In this document: one piece after another, positions 10,597 to 21,716 of the stretch
How positions within the stretch are numbered: position 1 is the first letter of the stretch
How the letters are laid out: each line of letters begins with the position of its first letter
NCBI GenBank assembly: GCA_002811645.1
Contig: PDIP01000084.1
Location: forward strand, 1-39,230
Source: Corallochytrium limacisporum Hawaii
Lineage: Eukaryota > Protista > Pluriformea
DNA length: 39,230 bases
Reading direction: 5' to 3'
The notes under the pieces: generated by a model
What the model was told of the DNA's origin: nothing
The model's database searches: none
What the model saw: only the letters and a program-made list of their open reading frames with translations
Made by a program: the position numbers and the translations under genes

Positions 10597-10631
10597 AGGC
10601 ACACCCCCCCCTGGAGGGGGGGGGTGTGCCT
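10597..10631. repeat. Inverted repeat with 15-bp arms (AGGCACA-C8 / G8-TGTGCCT) and 5-nt spacer
   Basis: Perfect complementarity read directly. Confidence 0.85.
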
Positions 10632-10884
10632 TAGGTAACTCACCCCAGCGAAAAGCAAACCACGCGGACGGACCGGTACTCAGTGGCTGTTCGTGTCTGT
10701 GTCGGCATATTGGGTACTTGAAACATAGCAACACCGACTACAACACCACACACGGCGCATGAGTGGTATAAAATTGCTGTACCTACGCAGTGCGCTGTTT
10801 TCGGGGTCAAGTAGCGATCATCTGATAGCCGTCTGTAAGCTTTGTTGTGTTATTGAAATCTCAAGACTCGTATAGGATAGCAAA

Positions 10885-12561
10885 ATGGTCTCAAAACGCG
10901 TGCTCGGTGTTCTCGGCGGTGGTCAGTTGGGCCAGATGATGCAGGAGGAAGCAGTTCACCTGGGAATTAAGGTTATTTGCCTCGATCCGACCCCTGGATG
11001 TCCTGCCGGCCTGGCTGGTGCTGAACAGATCGTTGGAAAGTTCAATGAAGCAGATGATGTCAAAAAGCTCGCCGCTAAGGTCGATGTTATCACCGCGGAA
11101 ATTGAACATATTGATACACACGCCATGGAGGCAGCAGAGGGGTCTGCAGTGTGCGAGCCCAGTCCCGCTACTATCCGCATGATTCAGGACAAGTACCTGC
11201 AGAAGGAATATTTTGCCAAGCACGGCATTGCCCTTGCTGAGTATGTCAGCGTAGAGTCCGACAGTGACATTAAGGCTGCTGCTGACAAGTTTGGAGGCTT
11301 TCCAATAATGCTAAAGAGCCGTAAGAACGCCTACGATGGCAAGGGAAATGCTGTGGTTAACTCAGCAGCCGACATTGCGTCCTGCATGGGTGCCCTTCCC
11401 GCGAATGGGGGTTTGTACGTAGAGAAGATGGTCCCCTTCCAGAAGGAACTGGCTGTCATGGTGGTTCGTTCTCGGGACGGTACTGTGTGTTCCTATCCCG
11501 TGGTCGAGACCATCCACGAGAATAACATTTGTTCCGTGGTCATTGCCCCCGCGCAGAATGTGGCTGGTAGCGTCCGCAAGGAGGCGCGTGAGCTCGCGGA
11601 GCGTACGGTCGCCTGCTTGACCGGAGCTGGTGTTTTTGGCGTAGAAATGTTCGTCAACGAGGACGGCAGTCTGCTCGTCAATGAGGTTGCTCCACGTCCT
11701 CACAACTCTGGTCATTATACCATCGAAGCTTGTGGTACGTCACAGTTCGAGAACCACGTACGCGCAGTGATGGACCTCCCGTTGGGTTCCACTGAATTGG
11801 TCGTGGGTGCCTCTGCAATGGTTAATTTGCTTGGGCTAGAGAGTGACGAGCGCACTCAGGAAGTGCTTAAGGCTTGCCTGGACATTACCAACTGCCGCAT
11901 ACATTGGTATGGAAAGGGTCAGTCTCGTAAGGGACGCAAAATGGGTCACTTCACAGTTACTGCTCAGGACGCTGGAGAACTGATGAAGAACATTAACGAA
12001 TTTCTGGACAAGATGAAGCTGACCCCACTTCCCGCTCTTAGTTCCAAACCTTCTCCTCTGGTAGGCATCATCATGGGCTCCGACTCCGATCTGCCTAAAA
12101 TGTCTGCAGCTGCTGACATCCTCAAGTCGTTTGGGGTTCCCTTCGAGGTCACGATTGTTAGTGCGCACCGTACTCCAGACCGTCTCGTCAACTACGCACG
12201 GAGCGCCCGTGGACGTGGACTGCAGTGCATAATTGCTGGTGCTGGCGGTGCCGCCCATTTGCCGGGCATGGTGGCCAGCATGACATCCCTGCCTGTTATC
12301 GGCGTGCCTGTTGCGTTGAAGTACCTCGACGGCGTAGACTCACTACATTCGATTGTCCAAATGCCTCGCGGTGTACCCGTTGCCACAGTAGCTATTGACA
12401 ACTCTACGAACGCCGGTCTGCTCGCAGCTCGTATTGTTGGTGCTCATGTCGATCGCATTGCTGATGCCATGGAGGCGTACCAAGAGAACATGAAGAATGT
12501 CGTTCTAGAAAAGGCGTCCCGGCTTGAGCAGGGCGGCTACGAGAACTACAAGATGCCTTGA
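10885..12561 (+). CDS. ADE2: Phosphoribosylaminoimidazole carboxylase, PurK-PurE fusion
   Basis: PurK ATP-grasp motifs [25 protein letters not shown] and GRKMGH, followed by PurE motifs [24 protein letters not shown] and [14 protein letters not shown]. Confidence 0.97.
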   Translation: MVSKRVLGVLGGGQLGQMMQEEAVHLGIKVICLDPTPGCPAGLAGAEQIVGKFNEADDVKKLAAKVDVITAEIEHIDTHAMEAAEGSAVCEPSPATIRMIQDKYLQKEYFAKHGIALAEYVSVESDSDIKAAADKFGGFPIMLKSRKNAYDGKGNAVVNSAADIASCMGALPANGGLYVEKMVPFQKELAVMVVRSRDGTVCSYPVVETIHENNICSVVIAPAQNVAGSVRKEARELAERTVACLTGAGVFGVEMFVNEDGSLLVNEVAPRPHNSGHYTIEACGTSQFENHVRAVMDLPLGSTELVVGASAMVNLLGLESDERTQEVLKACLDITNCRIHWYGKGQSRKGRKMGHFTVTAQDAGELMKNINEFLDKMKLTPLPALSSKPSPLVGIIMGSDSDLPKMSAAADILKSFGVPFEVTIVSAHRTPDRLVNYARSARGRGLQCIIAGAGGAAHLPGMVASMTSLPVIGVPVALKYLDGVDSLHSIVQMPRGVPVATVAIDNSTNAGLLAARIVGAHVDRIADAMEAYQENMKNVVLEKASRLEQGGYENYKMP

Positions 12562-12780
12562 AACCTGAAGAGATAAAAGACAGACTCATCTTGCGCAGTA
12601 AGAGAATCAAGGTAGCATAAATATCCCGTATCGTTTGTGAAATTGTTACCGAGAGCATGTCAAAGAAAAGACAATGGAAAAAATGCATGTATTGTTATAT
12701 GTAAAGTATGGATGATGGACGTACAATGGATGGATGGTAAGGAAATAAACAAAGGATACATAATGGAAAGGATGTTGCGA

Positions 12781-14178
12781 CTAGTTGCTGACTGGCTGCT
12801 TGCCCTTGGCAAGCTTGCTGCTGTTGCTGTCAATGCTGCTGCCACTGTCCAGGGAAGTCCGAGGGGACAGCGTGATATCTCTGCTCGTGCTGCCCTGTCC
12901 CTGGCAAGTGCATTCGCAGTTGCCATTCGCAGAGTCAGCCTCAGTGGGATGGGCACTGGTGATAGCTTCGTAGATCATAGCATTCCGCATGGCAGCCGTA
13001 GGGCCACCAAGGGGCAGAATGTCATGCGCCATCGCTTCGTAGAAGTTCGGTGGCATATCCTCGCCACGCGTACTCTTCTGTTTCGAACGGCGTTGACCGG
13101 CAACGCGGTCGGACCGGCTGCCGTGTTGGCCGCGATCCGCGTGTTCGCTAGTGGGGCGAAGAGTGTTCATGACACGGCTCATGACGCCATGAGTGTGCTC
13201 CCGATTGGTGCTGCGGTTGGAACGTGTGGAACCTTGCTTGCCAATCTGTCCAAGTTCTGCACTAGCGGAAAGGTTGCTCAGGTTGCTGTGACTCTCGTTG
13301 TGGTTCATAGTTTCCACCTCCGGGTAGTCCGGGGGCGAGTTACAGCACACATCGTTACTCAGCTCTCGGAGCAGAGCCGGCGGCGGGAACTGGAACGGTT
13401 TCTCTACGTCACCATCCTCGTCAAAACCATCATCCTCATCGTCTTCACTTCGTGGGAGTTTGATGTCACTGCCATCGGTGCTATCATGTACGTCAATAAC
13501 CACGGCAGGGGGAGGCCCTGTGGGAGGCCCTCCGTAAATGTCGTCGGTGTCATTTCCCACAATGTAAGCATTCTGTCCCGCAGTCTTTCCCTGCCAATCG
13601 TAGTCAGGTGGTTTTGCATATACAAATGACCACTTCCGTCCCTCTACGCTCACAGCAGCCTTCACGGGCATCTGCTCCCAAGCCTTCGGGTAAGGTAGAG
13701 GATTGGGTGGTTCTGGCTGTTCCATCGCCTCCCGGTTCATCCGGTTCATGAATGTTCGTCCCGTTAGCTCCTGCAGCTGTAGGATGCGTCGGGCAATATC
13801 ATTGCCTGCCTTCTTACGGTCTCTCCGTGCGAAAAGGCAGCAAAGTGGAATGCCAAAAGCCGTGAGAGCAACAGCCAGGACAACGAGGATCAGCAGGTTG
13901 TTGCCACTCGACCCTCCCTCGTCCACCGTGACACACACTCCCTCTGAATTTGTATTTGCAGCCTGTTGTTCACTAATGTTGAACATACAATTGCATTGGC
14001 ACGGTGAAACACATGCATCTCCCGGCTGTAAAGGGGGGGTAGAGAAACACTTGCAAAGGATGTCATCCTGGCACTCATTATCTGCACAATGAAGGTCGGC
14101 GCAGTCTCCAGCAACGACCAATCCGGCACCACAAAGCAGTACCACAATCAGTGCCAGGACCGTTTTCAGTCTAGACAT
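12781..14178 (-). CDS. Type I membrane protein: signal peptide, small Cys-rich ectodomain, one TM helix, long disordered tail with PPxY motifs
   Basis: Hydrophobic N-terminus and 10 Cys in about 60 aa. TM segment LLILVVLAVALTAFGIPLCCLFA is followed by RRDRKK; PPDY occurs twice in the tail. Confidence 0.8.
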   Translation of the reverse strand: MSRLKTVLALIVVLLCGAGLVVAGDCADLHCADNECQDDILCKCFSTPPLQPGDACVSPCQCNCMFNISEQQAANTNSEGVCVTVDEGGSSGNNLLILVVLAVALTAFGIPLCCLFARRDRKKAGNDIARRILQLQELTGRTFMNRMNREAMEQPEPPNPLPYPKAWEQMPVKAAVSVEGRKWSFVYAKPPDYDWQGKTAGQNAYIVGNDTDDIYGGPPTGPPPAVVIDVHDSTDGSDIKLPRSEDDEDDGFDEDGDVEKPFQFPPPALLRELSNDVCCNSPPDYPEVETMNHNESHSNLSNLSASAELGQIGKQGSTRSNRSTNREHTHGVMSRVMNTLRPTSEHADRGQHGSRSDRVAGQRRSKQKSTRGEDMPPNFYEAMAHDILPLGGPTAAMRNAMIYEAITSAHPTEADSANGNCECTCQGQGSTSRDITLSPRTSLDSGSSIDSNSSKLAKGKQPVSN

Positions 14179-17100
14179 TCTATCAATGTTTGTGAGTTAT
14201 TTTAAATTAATAGTTTCAGCCTGTATCGCCATTTGTCCTGTTTGTATGTGAACGCGAACTATACAGATCTGAAAGAACAGGAAAAAGGATTTGCACACTT
14301 TTAACAATCCTTTGCCGTTCTACCTGAAATACTAATTCGATCCATTCCGAAGACGAAAAAAATCGTCCATTATTCAACAAACCATTCTATGTCGCTGCTC
14401 AATATGCATCTTCCTGCGAATCTCTTCCACAGACCCTTATTCCGTGTGCTTATAAACACACTTTATCCTCGCATTGGTTCCCCCTTCCTCCCCCCTTTCT
14501 TCACCACCCGCCCACCACCCCGACCGATTTGTGACTCCAACCCCCCCCCCTTCTCCCCCGCGGGGAAAGGGGAGGGTTGGGAGGGGGGAGGGCGAACGGG
14601 GGGTTTTCTGTCTGCGTCAACCAGTACCACAAACTTACGCGGCCTTTCTGCTTCGCCCCTTGTTCCCCAACCCGCCCTCGGAGCATATTACACAACTCAG
14701 GGCCCTTACTGTTCGGAGGGGTTGGGTTGAAGCTGCCCCGATCCAGGGGCGCGGCGCAGCAAGCGCGTCGGGATCCCCTCGTCTAATGGGACCTCACCAA
14801 CACCTTCGACCTCCGGCTCCAGCTCCACAGAACACCCAGGTGTTGAAGATAGAGAGTGCCATGGTTTGGGCACCGGGTTGGCAGCCAAAGGCGGACCAGC
14901 GACGAAGAGAATGGGAGTTTCTCGGTATCATTTGAACAGAAACATGACGGTGTGTACACACGGCCAGGAGCGGGAGCGGAGGAGGCGAGGCAGTTCAAAC
15001 GCCCAGGCAGTAGTGCACCCCGCCTCCTCCTCTGCCCCGTGGCAGTGGGTCGGCTGGGAAAATGCAAAATGCAAGCTCTCCCCAAGACCGACCACAATCG
15101 CTCTATAAAAAGCCAGTCTGTGATGCCTCACACCTGTGCGAAGAATTTCTCGATGAGGTTCTGGAGAATCTCCCTATGGCTTGGCCCAAGGAAACATTTC
15201 CGAAGTCGGGCAGCGCCGTCTTCGCCGGGCCCCCGACGCTCTCTCCCCTCCCCCCCCTTGCGATCGCAAAGTTTTTCTCAAAAGACTGACTGGCTGGCTG
15301 ACTGCGTGGGCTTTGGGAAAGGGGCAGACGGGAGCGGGTGGCGGGTTGTTGTCGTTTCCTTTTCCCCCTTTCTCTCCGCTCCCATTTTCATCCGGTGCCA
15401 GTTGAAATTTGAAAGACGAGAAAAAAAAAACAAAGGACGATTCATCAAACCTTTGGGCCCCATAGTTTTTCAGGGTCTTTTTTTAGAGTCTCTATGGTAT
15501 CTGCCTTCCATCTTCTTTAATCGCCAAACAGTGGCCAGGGTGTGTTTCAAGCTCCGTATTCGGTCGACCTTCCGCTTTATCTCTGGCAAAAACGGGAGGG
15601 GGTTCTTTTTGGCATCTTCCTCTCCTGGCCCTTTTGCGGTCCCCCCCCCCTTTTTTCTCTACTCCCTACCTGACCCCCTGTGCTCCACCCCTCCAAATAT
15701 TTCCCTGCCTCCTGTCCGGAGGGGCCCCGCGTGTCCCGTTCTGCTGTTGCCTTTGGTTCAATTTGTCTCCCTCTCTCCCTCGCTCTCTCCCTCTGTGCGT
15801 AACACCACCCGGCCGAGGGAGGAAGAGGAAGGAGAGTCCCAATGCGTACAAATTGGCAGTGTATTCGCCGCCGTCGCAGGACAACTTTCTTGGTACCTAC
15901 CACCCAAGGCAAGGGCCCCGGGGGGGGGGGGGGTATAGGAAGGGGGGTGTATTCTTGTGTGTTTGTCTTCGGGGCCAGTACGCACTATTTCACGGGGACG
16001 CGGGTGTGCTCCTCCTCACCGTTGTAGGCAGCGGAAGTTTCTCCTGCTTGACCGCCCGGGTGCGGATCCCCACCGCGAAACTTTCGGTTGTGGTACAACG
16101 AGACAGCACCGTGACACAGATGGAACATGAAAGTGAAAGATGACGCCCGCCCTCGTTGTCTCATTAGGGGACGTTCTTGATCCGAAATCCGGGGATTCTC
16201 TTGTGTACGCAACCCACCTGACCTTGTTTACCACAACGGGTTACTCAGACAAGGAGGACAAACTAGTGCCGTGATGGGCTCGTCGAGCAGCAGCAACGAG
16301 AACTTCAACGTGCTCGTTTCATACAACATATTCGGTGAACGCATGCATCGCTATTGGCTGTATCTGCGCTGGTCTATGAACATGTGATGTACTTTTGGAT
16401 CATGAGGCACCAGATCATGGTAATGCGGAACGCTTTATTGAAATGCTGGTCTTTGCGCATGTACACCATGTTCATTTCCGTGGTTCGAAGGGACACATTC
16501 ATCGTACAGTGACCGTCCAGCTGGTGACCTTTCCCCGTGCTTACGTACGAACACTTTCCTTTCAAAACACAGCGGACATCGCCTACTTCGTTGCGTTCTC
16601 GTCACGGTAGTGTGCTACGGCATAGCCTTCAAACTCTGTTTGTCTCAATTGTCAGCTAAACTGAACCCATTTTAACTTCTCTAATTTCTCCGATCCGATA
16701 TGAATTTCAGTTACAGCCACTGCGACGCAGATTTACAACATCAGTCTCTGCCATCGGTAATAACAATGAGTTATGCCGAAAGCTTCTCTCGGATCAATGA
16801 CCTCGATCAATTCAACTTGGCAATTAATTGGCATGAACGGACAGGGAAAGTGGTGTCGAAGACGCTTGTGTGACCTGGCCGTTAGCGCGATATTAAACCC
16901 CATCAGCAAATTGGTTCAAACACTATTGAAAATTGGCGCGTACTATCGCCTAGTTCAACGGACCGTATGACTCAAAGACCGAAGCGTGAGGAATGACTAC
17001 AAGCTGCCATACCAATCACCTCATCCAGTACGCGCTAGGCGCACCAGTCAGAGATCCGTCTTCACATTTTGAATTGTCCTTTAGGTTTAGGGTACACATT

Positions 17101-19354
17101 CCGAACCATTGTCAATTGATCTTGTCGGTGTACCGAGTCCGTCCCAACTACAAGAGGATTTCTTTCCCAGCCAACGGAGAATGAAATAGAAATCGTGTAG
17201 CACGCAGACTCCTATCAGGAGAGGGTTGGCCAAGGGGCGGTGCTGACTTAAATGATGACCGACACCGCAACGTCTCAACCTTTTGAGTGGTTGAACCATA
17301 TCCCATGTGAGCGTGGGTTTCTGCGTTGTTGGGTCTTGAGCCTGCCCCATTTGAATGATTTGCAAAGACTGCATTCCTCAGCGGCGACGGACAGCTGTGC
17401 GTACACCATCATCACGAGAGGGTGAGGACCCCTAAAACTTAACAGTCTATTTACCATTGATATTGACTTTTGTGCTTGGGAATACGGTGCGGCACAGATC
17501 GGGATTGCAATGCAAATGGTATACAAATGCGGATACGGACAGAGAGTATTAGGTGAAGGTAGACATGTGAGAGTGGGCGGCCCGGGCTGGTAAGCAAAAA
17601 AAATTGCAATGTACGATGCGACAAGAAACCATAAACAGAGAGAGGAGGAGAAGAGTCGCGATGCGCGTGGGGGGGTGCGGCGGTCCATGTGTTTCAAACA
17701 CACCGCGAACAAAACACACAATACCCTCAGGAGGACGGGAGAACAGCTGGCTTTTTCCCCGCTCACTGCCAGTTTGACAGTATACTTGCTGTGGAAGATT
17801 TGACAAAGTTGGGTTTGGAATGCGGTGTATCTTGTGACGGTTGGCGATCGGATCGGTGACATTGGACAGTTGTGATTCATTGGCCAAGAATTGAGGGAGT
17901 GCGAACACAAGGTGAATTGTGCCAAGATCCCCGAGCCGCCCCCGGATGGAGTGCAGTGATGCAGGACATCTGTGAAGCCGGAGCTTAAGGCGAGAGTGCA
18001 ACAGCCATGAAGTGCTCCTGGTCCTATGCTTCAAACCACACAACCCTGACAGGAACCAAATAAGTTCTTCTATAGCCTCTTGGCCTACCTTTGGTGATCA
18101 CCTTAGTGTTTTGCTAATCGTACGCCCCGACTGCTTTCACTTGATGTGTGCACACTTCAGAACCCTTTGCGTGCTCCACAACAGTATAGCTGGTGGCTGT
18201 TCCAAGAGAACTTGGGAAGCTGCGCGACTATTTCCTCAAAGTGCTAACGCAGACCAGTAAATCATTTGGAAGAGAACCGACCCGATATGTTCACCACGGC
18301 CGTACGGAAAATGTTCCAGTGGGCCACATTGTTGTGGCTTTCCTTTCTTTCTTTTTGTTCTCTCTGTGTGCTTTCGAAACAAGTTCCTGCCCGTGCGGAT
18401 CTCGTTCGACAATTTCGACCTCCGTCATGCTCGACACCTTCCGCTTCTTAACTATTTCCGTTGTCTGCTCTGGCCCCGTTCAATACAAAGTGAGTTTCGT
18501 CGAGTTCTATCATTAGTGGGGTGTGTCGTTGGGGCTCCAGTTGCTTGGTCGTCTGTGGCATGCGGTCTTTTGTTCATTTTGGATCTGATCTACTCAGGCA
18601 TTTTCATCAGAAGGAATGCACACCTCTTAGTCTGTGTGATACAAAACAGCTGGGAAGAACCTGGCAGAGTTGTCCGGTGTGCTGGCCGAGTTCCGGCCCC
18701 ATCGTGACCTTATCCATGTCGATCCATTTAGCGGAGCGATTGCCTTGAGGGGTCTGACCTCGTTGAATCAATTCAGCAGGGGACTACAGCGATGGCTTGA
18801 AAGACCAGTTTTTGGCGGTGGAAATCAAACAGTCCCAGACGTGGGCAGGCACTACGGTGGAAAGAGCAGATTTTGGTTCCCAGGATAGACATTTAGGAAT
18901 GAACAGAGTAAGAAAGGGTAACGAAATACTTCGGATTTAAGCGACGTCAATATGGCACCTGCGATTTTTCTTGCGCACTCTTGTATCATTCGACGAGATA
19001 GCTGAGCACTGTTCGTGATGCAAATCCTCCATTGGACGCAGATCCGAGCCAAAATAGGGCATGCAGTCGTGCAAACACAAGATGCCAACGCCTATTCCCA
19101 AAGAGACGACCTTACAAATTCATAGTACGATCACAAACAAACCATGAGAACAGGGATGAACCTTAGCATGGTCATGAACCACGATCGTTGACGCTATTGG
19201 TTGAGCATCATCCATATCAATCTAGAGCATGCATAAACGTCTACAACACATGTTTGCTTGCCATTTGCAACCCATCTTCGAATATCGCATAGGAGAGTGT
19301 GGCGGGGCTCAAGGACATGTGCGTGCACGTTTTATTGTTCCTATGTGTTGCCGT

Positions 19355-21031
19355 TTAGCTGATCCTAAACCGACTCCGTGGGGGTACAATGACAGCAGAA
19401 ACTACAGTCCGGGATCCGTAAAGGGCAGCATGGTCCGTTGACTGTAGACGACCGCCGCGCTGACGCAGATCCCGGAGCTGCTCAATGAGTGTGAACACTG
19501 GCAGCTCTGAAGCAGAAGCAGTAGGAGGCTCGAGGACTCCTAGCTCCTCCTCGTATTCGTCTGTCGCGCTCTGTGTCCGCTTACGTTTCTCTCGGCGGTA
19601 ATGTGTGGATTGTTGCATTGCCTGATTGCGCGATGATTGTTCCGGCTGCTTGTCTTGCTGCTGTTTCGTGATTTGCCGAGTCTGGCGTTGCCGGAGCTGG
19701 TTCCGTATGGCGACAATTTGGTGTTGCTCTTCCATTAGCAAGTTCACTAAAGTCTTAAGTGTGACTATACGAACGGCACGCAGTTCTGCGGTCCTCCTGG
19801 ATTCGCGTTCGCGCATGATCTTTAGCTCTTGCGCGCGAAGAACTTCTCTTTTGATGCGGCGCCTTTCCTCTTCTTCCTCGGCAAGCCTGCGATCCTCTTC
19901 CTCGCGCTCACGGCGCCTTTTCTCCTCATCAAGCCGCTTTTGTTCCATACGACGGGCTTCACGCTCCAGGTGCTCCTGTTCCCGAAGTCGTCGTCGTTCT
20001 TCTGCTCGTTCTTGAGCCAAGCGCTTGCGTTCTTCTCTCTCTTTCCTTAAGCGCTCACGCATCTCCTCTTCTTCCCGGATACGACGCTCATCTTCAAGGG
20101 CTGCGTCGCTGAGGGTTCCATCCACGTCCCAGAGTACTTCAATCTCTGCTGTTCCTTTGGCCCTAGATGATTGTCCACCATCAAACTCAAGGCAACGCCC
20201 GTAGAGAGTGTCGAACGCCCTTACAAAATCATCAACGTGGTCGAACATCAGTCTGACTTCCACATGAAGGACAACGCCCACCTTTCTCAGTGCCTCCGGT
20301 GTTCGAGAGTCGTCCTTCACTACACGGTGTCTCAGAACGGGGCCAAAACTTTGTGTGAAGTACATGACAACACTAGTTTCCGAAGTCTCAATCTTTCCGT
20401 CGACACTGAACCACCGCAGGGGAAGACCGCTAACCACAAGAGTGTCTGGGCGCTCGCCTCTAGGCAAAGTTTTCCACGTGTCTCGGTTCGTAGACCCAAA
20501 ATGAGTCGCCCAGGCCTGATGTTGCCGTTTCAAAGCATCTTCTCTACTTGATTCGTTTGGTGAGAGGATGGTGATGTGGATGGTACCTTCGGTGTCAGCA
20601 GAGCCGGTACCTGACAGAGCGTGCTGCGGCCCATGCTTGTGCTGCGTGAGGCGCATCGTTCGTTCATTCAAAACGTAGACTTCCTCGTGAATATTTAATT
20701 TCTTTCCTGGTGCTCCTCGCATCTTAACTGAAGCCAATTCCTTTGGACAGCTGATCTTGGCTGGGATCTCCAGATGTACCTGGTGTCTTGACATGTAGAC
20801 TGGTTTCAGTGAACCTGTTAGCGCCCTGGCAACACTCTTCCAGGGGACCTTCTCAGCGAAGTCTATACGGTGCTCAATTGCGAAGATTTCACCAATTTGC
20901 TCCATAATTTCCCAGCTGTTTTTTATCCGTCGACCTCCGCGATTCTGTTTCCGATCCTCACAAACCGTGACCTTGATCAGGGTCCGGTGGCTTGGCGCTA
21001 TCCGAATGCCGGTGAATTTCCCAAGGTCCAT
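19355..21031 (-). CDS. AKAP17A: AKAP17A / XE7 / SFRS17A-like splicing-associated protein
   Basis: NSWEIMEQI resembles human SNWEVMERL, and GERPDTLVVSGLPLRWF resembles GERPDTIHLEGLPCKWF. RRM-like region, LSDAAL and an E/R-rich coiled coil follow. First ATG is at 21031. Confidence 0.85.
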   Translation of the reverse strand: MDLGKFTGIRIAPSHRTLIKVTVCEDRKQNRGGRRIKNSWEIMEQIGEIFAIEHRIDFAEKVPWKSVARALTGSLKPVYMSRHQVHLEIPAKISCPKELASVKMRGAPGKKLNIHEEVYVLNERTMRLTQHKHGPQHALSGTGSADTEGTIHITILSPNESSREDALKRQHQAWATHFGSTNRDTWKTLPRGERPDTLVVSGLPLRWFSVDGKIETSETSVVMYFTQSFGPVLRHRVVKDDSRTPEALRKVGVVLHVEVRLMFDHVDDFVRAFDTLYGRCLEFDGGQSSRAKGTAEIEVLWDVDGTLSDAALEDERRIREEEEMRERLRKEREERKRLAQERAEERRRLREQEHLEREARRMEQKRLDEEKRRREREEEDRRLAEEEEERRRIKREVLRAQELKIMRERESRRTAELRAVRIVTLKTLVNLLMEEQHQIVAIRNQLRQRQTRQITKQQQDKQPEQSSRNQAMQQSTHYRREKRKRTQSATDEYEEELGVLEPPTASASELPVFTLIEQLRDLRQRGGRLQSTDHAALYGSRTVVSAVIVPPRSRFRIS

Positions 21032-21716
21032 GCTGCTACTTTCTGCTTCATGAATAGTCAGCAGACATTTCAAATATGCTGCCCAAATACAGGCAAATAG
21101 TGTTCCCACAACATTACGGTGTATGAAGTCTTGAACGTGATCTGTTCATATTCAATGTTCAAGATCCGCATGACCAGTCTCGCCTCTTCAGCACCCTTAC
21201 ATGGCACTTAGCAATCGTACTAGCGGACGAATGAACAAGAGTACAGTGGCCTAGCACAGATCTTAAAATAGGCGTTTCTTGGCCTCACATATCGCCGTCG
21301 ACACATTTGCACAATGTGACTCGCCGTACACATCCGAAGGACTGTCTTCAGCCGGGAACAGGCGGAACAGGGGGGGGGGGAGCAAGCGCGCGGTGGTCGG
21401 GAGGGGTGGTCGCCCAATGCACCGGTACACAGTAAACACGACTGGCTCCATTGGTTTCCACAGTGTTTTGCGTATGTGAGCTTTGGCCATTGATAATCAC
21501 GATGGACATTGCCATAGAGGTTTGTTAAGAATGAAATGCTCAAACTATTTTAGACACTCTTGGCAATAAATAAATGTGTATGTAAACGGAGGAACTATAA
21601 ACATTGTCCGCGGACAGCAGATTGCGGCAGGAATCCAGCATGTAAAAAGAGTCAGACAATGTCCGTTATTGGGGACTGAGCTAAGTTGACATTGTACAGA
21701 GTACAGTATTGGCACA

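Noticed and set aside
12637-13629. 330-aa plus-strand ORF
   Set aside because: Antisense to the type I membrane protein, which has the coherent signal/TM architecture.
14856-15938. 360-aa plus-strand ORF
   Set aside because: Runs through homopolymer and promoter-like low-complexity DNA, with non-protein-like composition and no domain.
17275-17925. 216-aa minus-strand ORF
   Set aside because: No motif and atypical Cys/Pro/Ser-rich composition; not supportable as a CDS.
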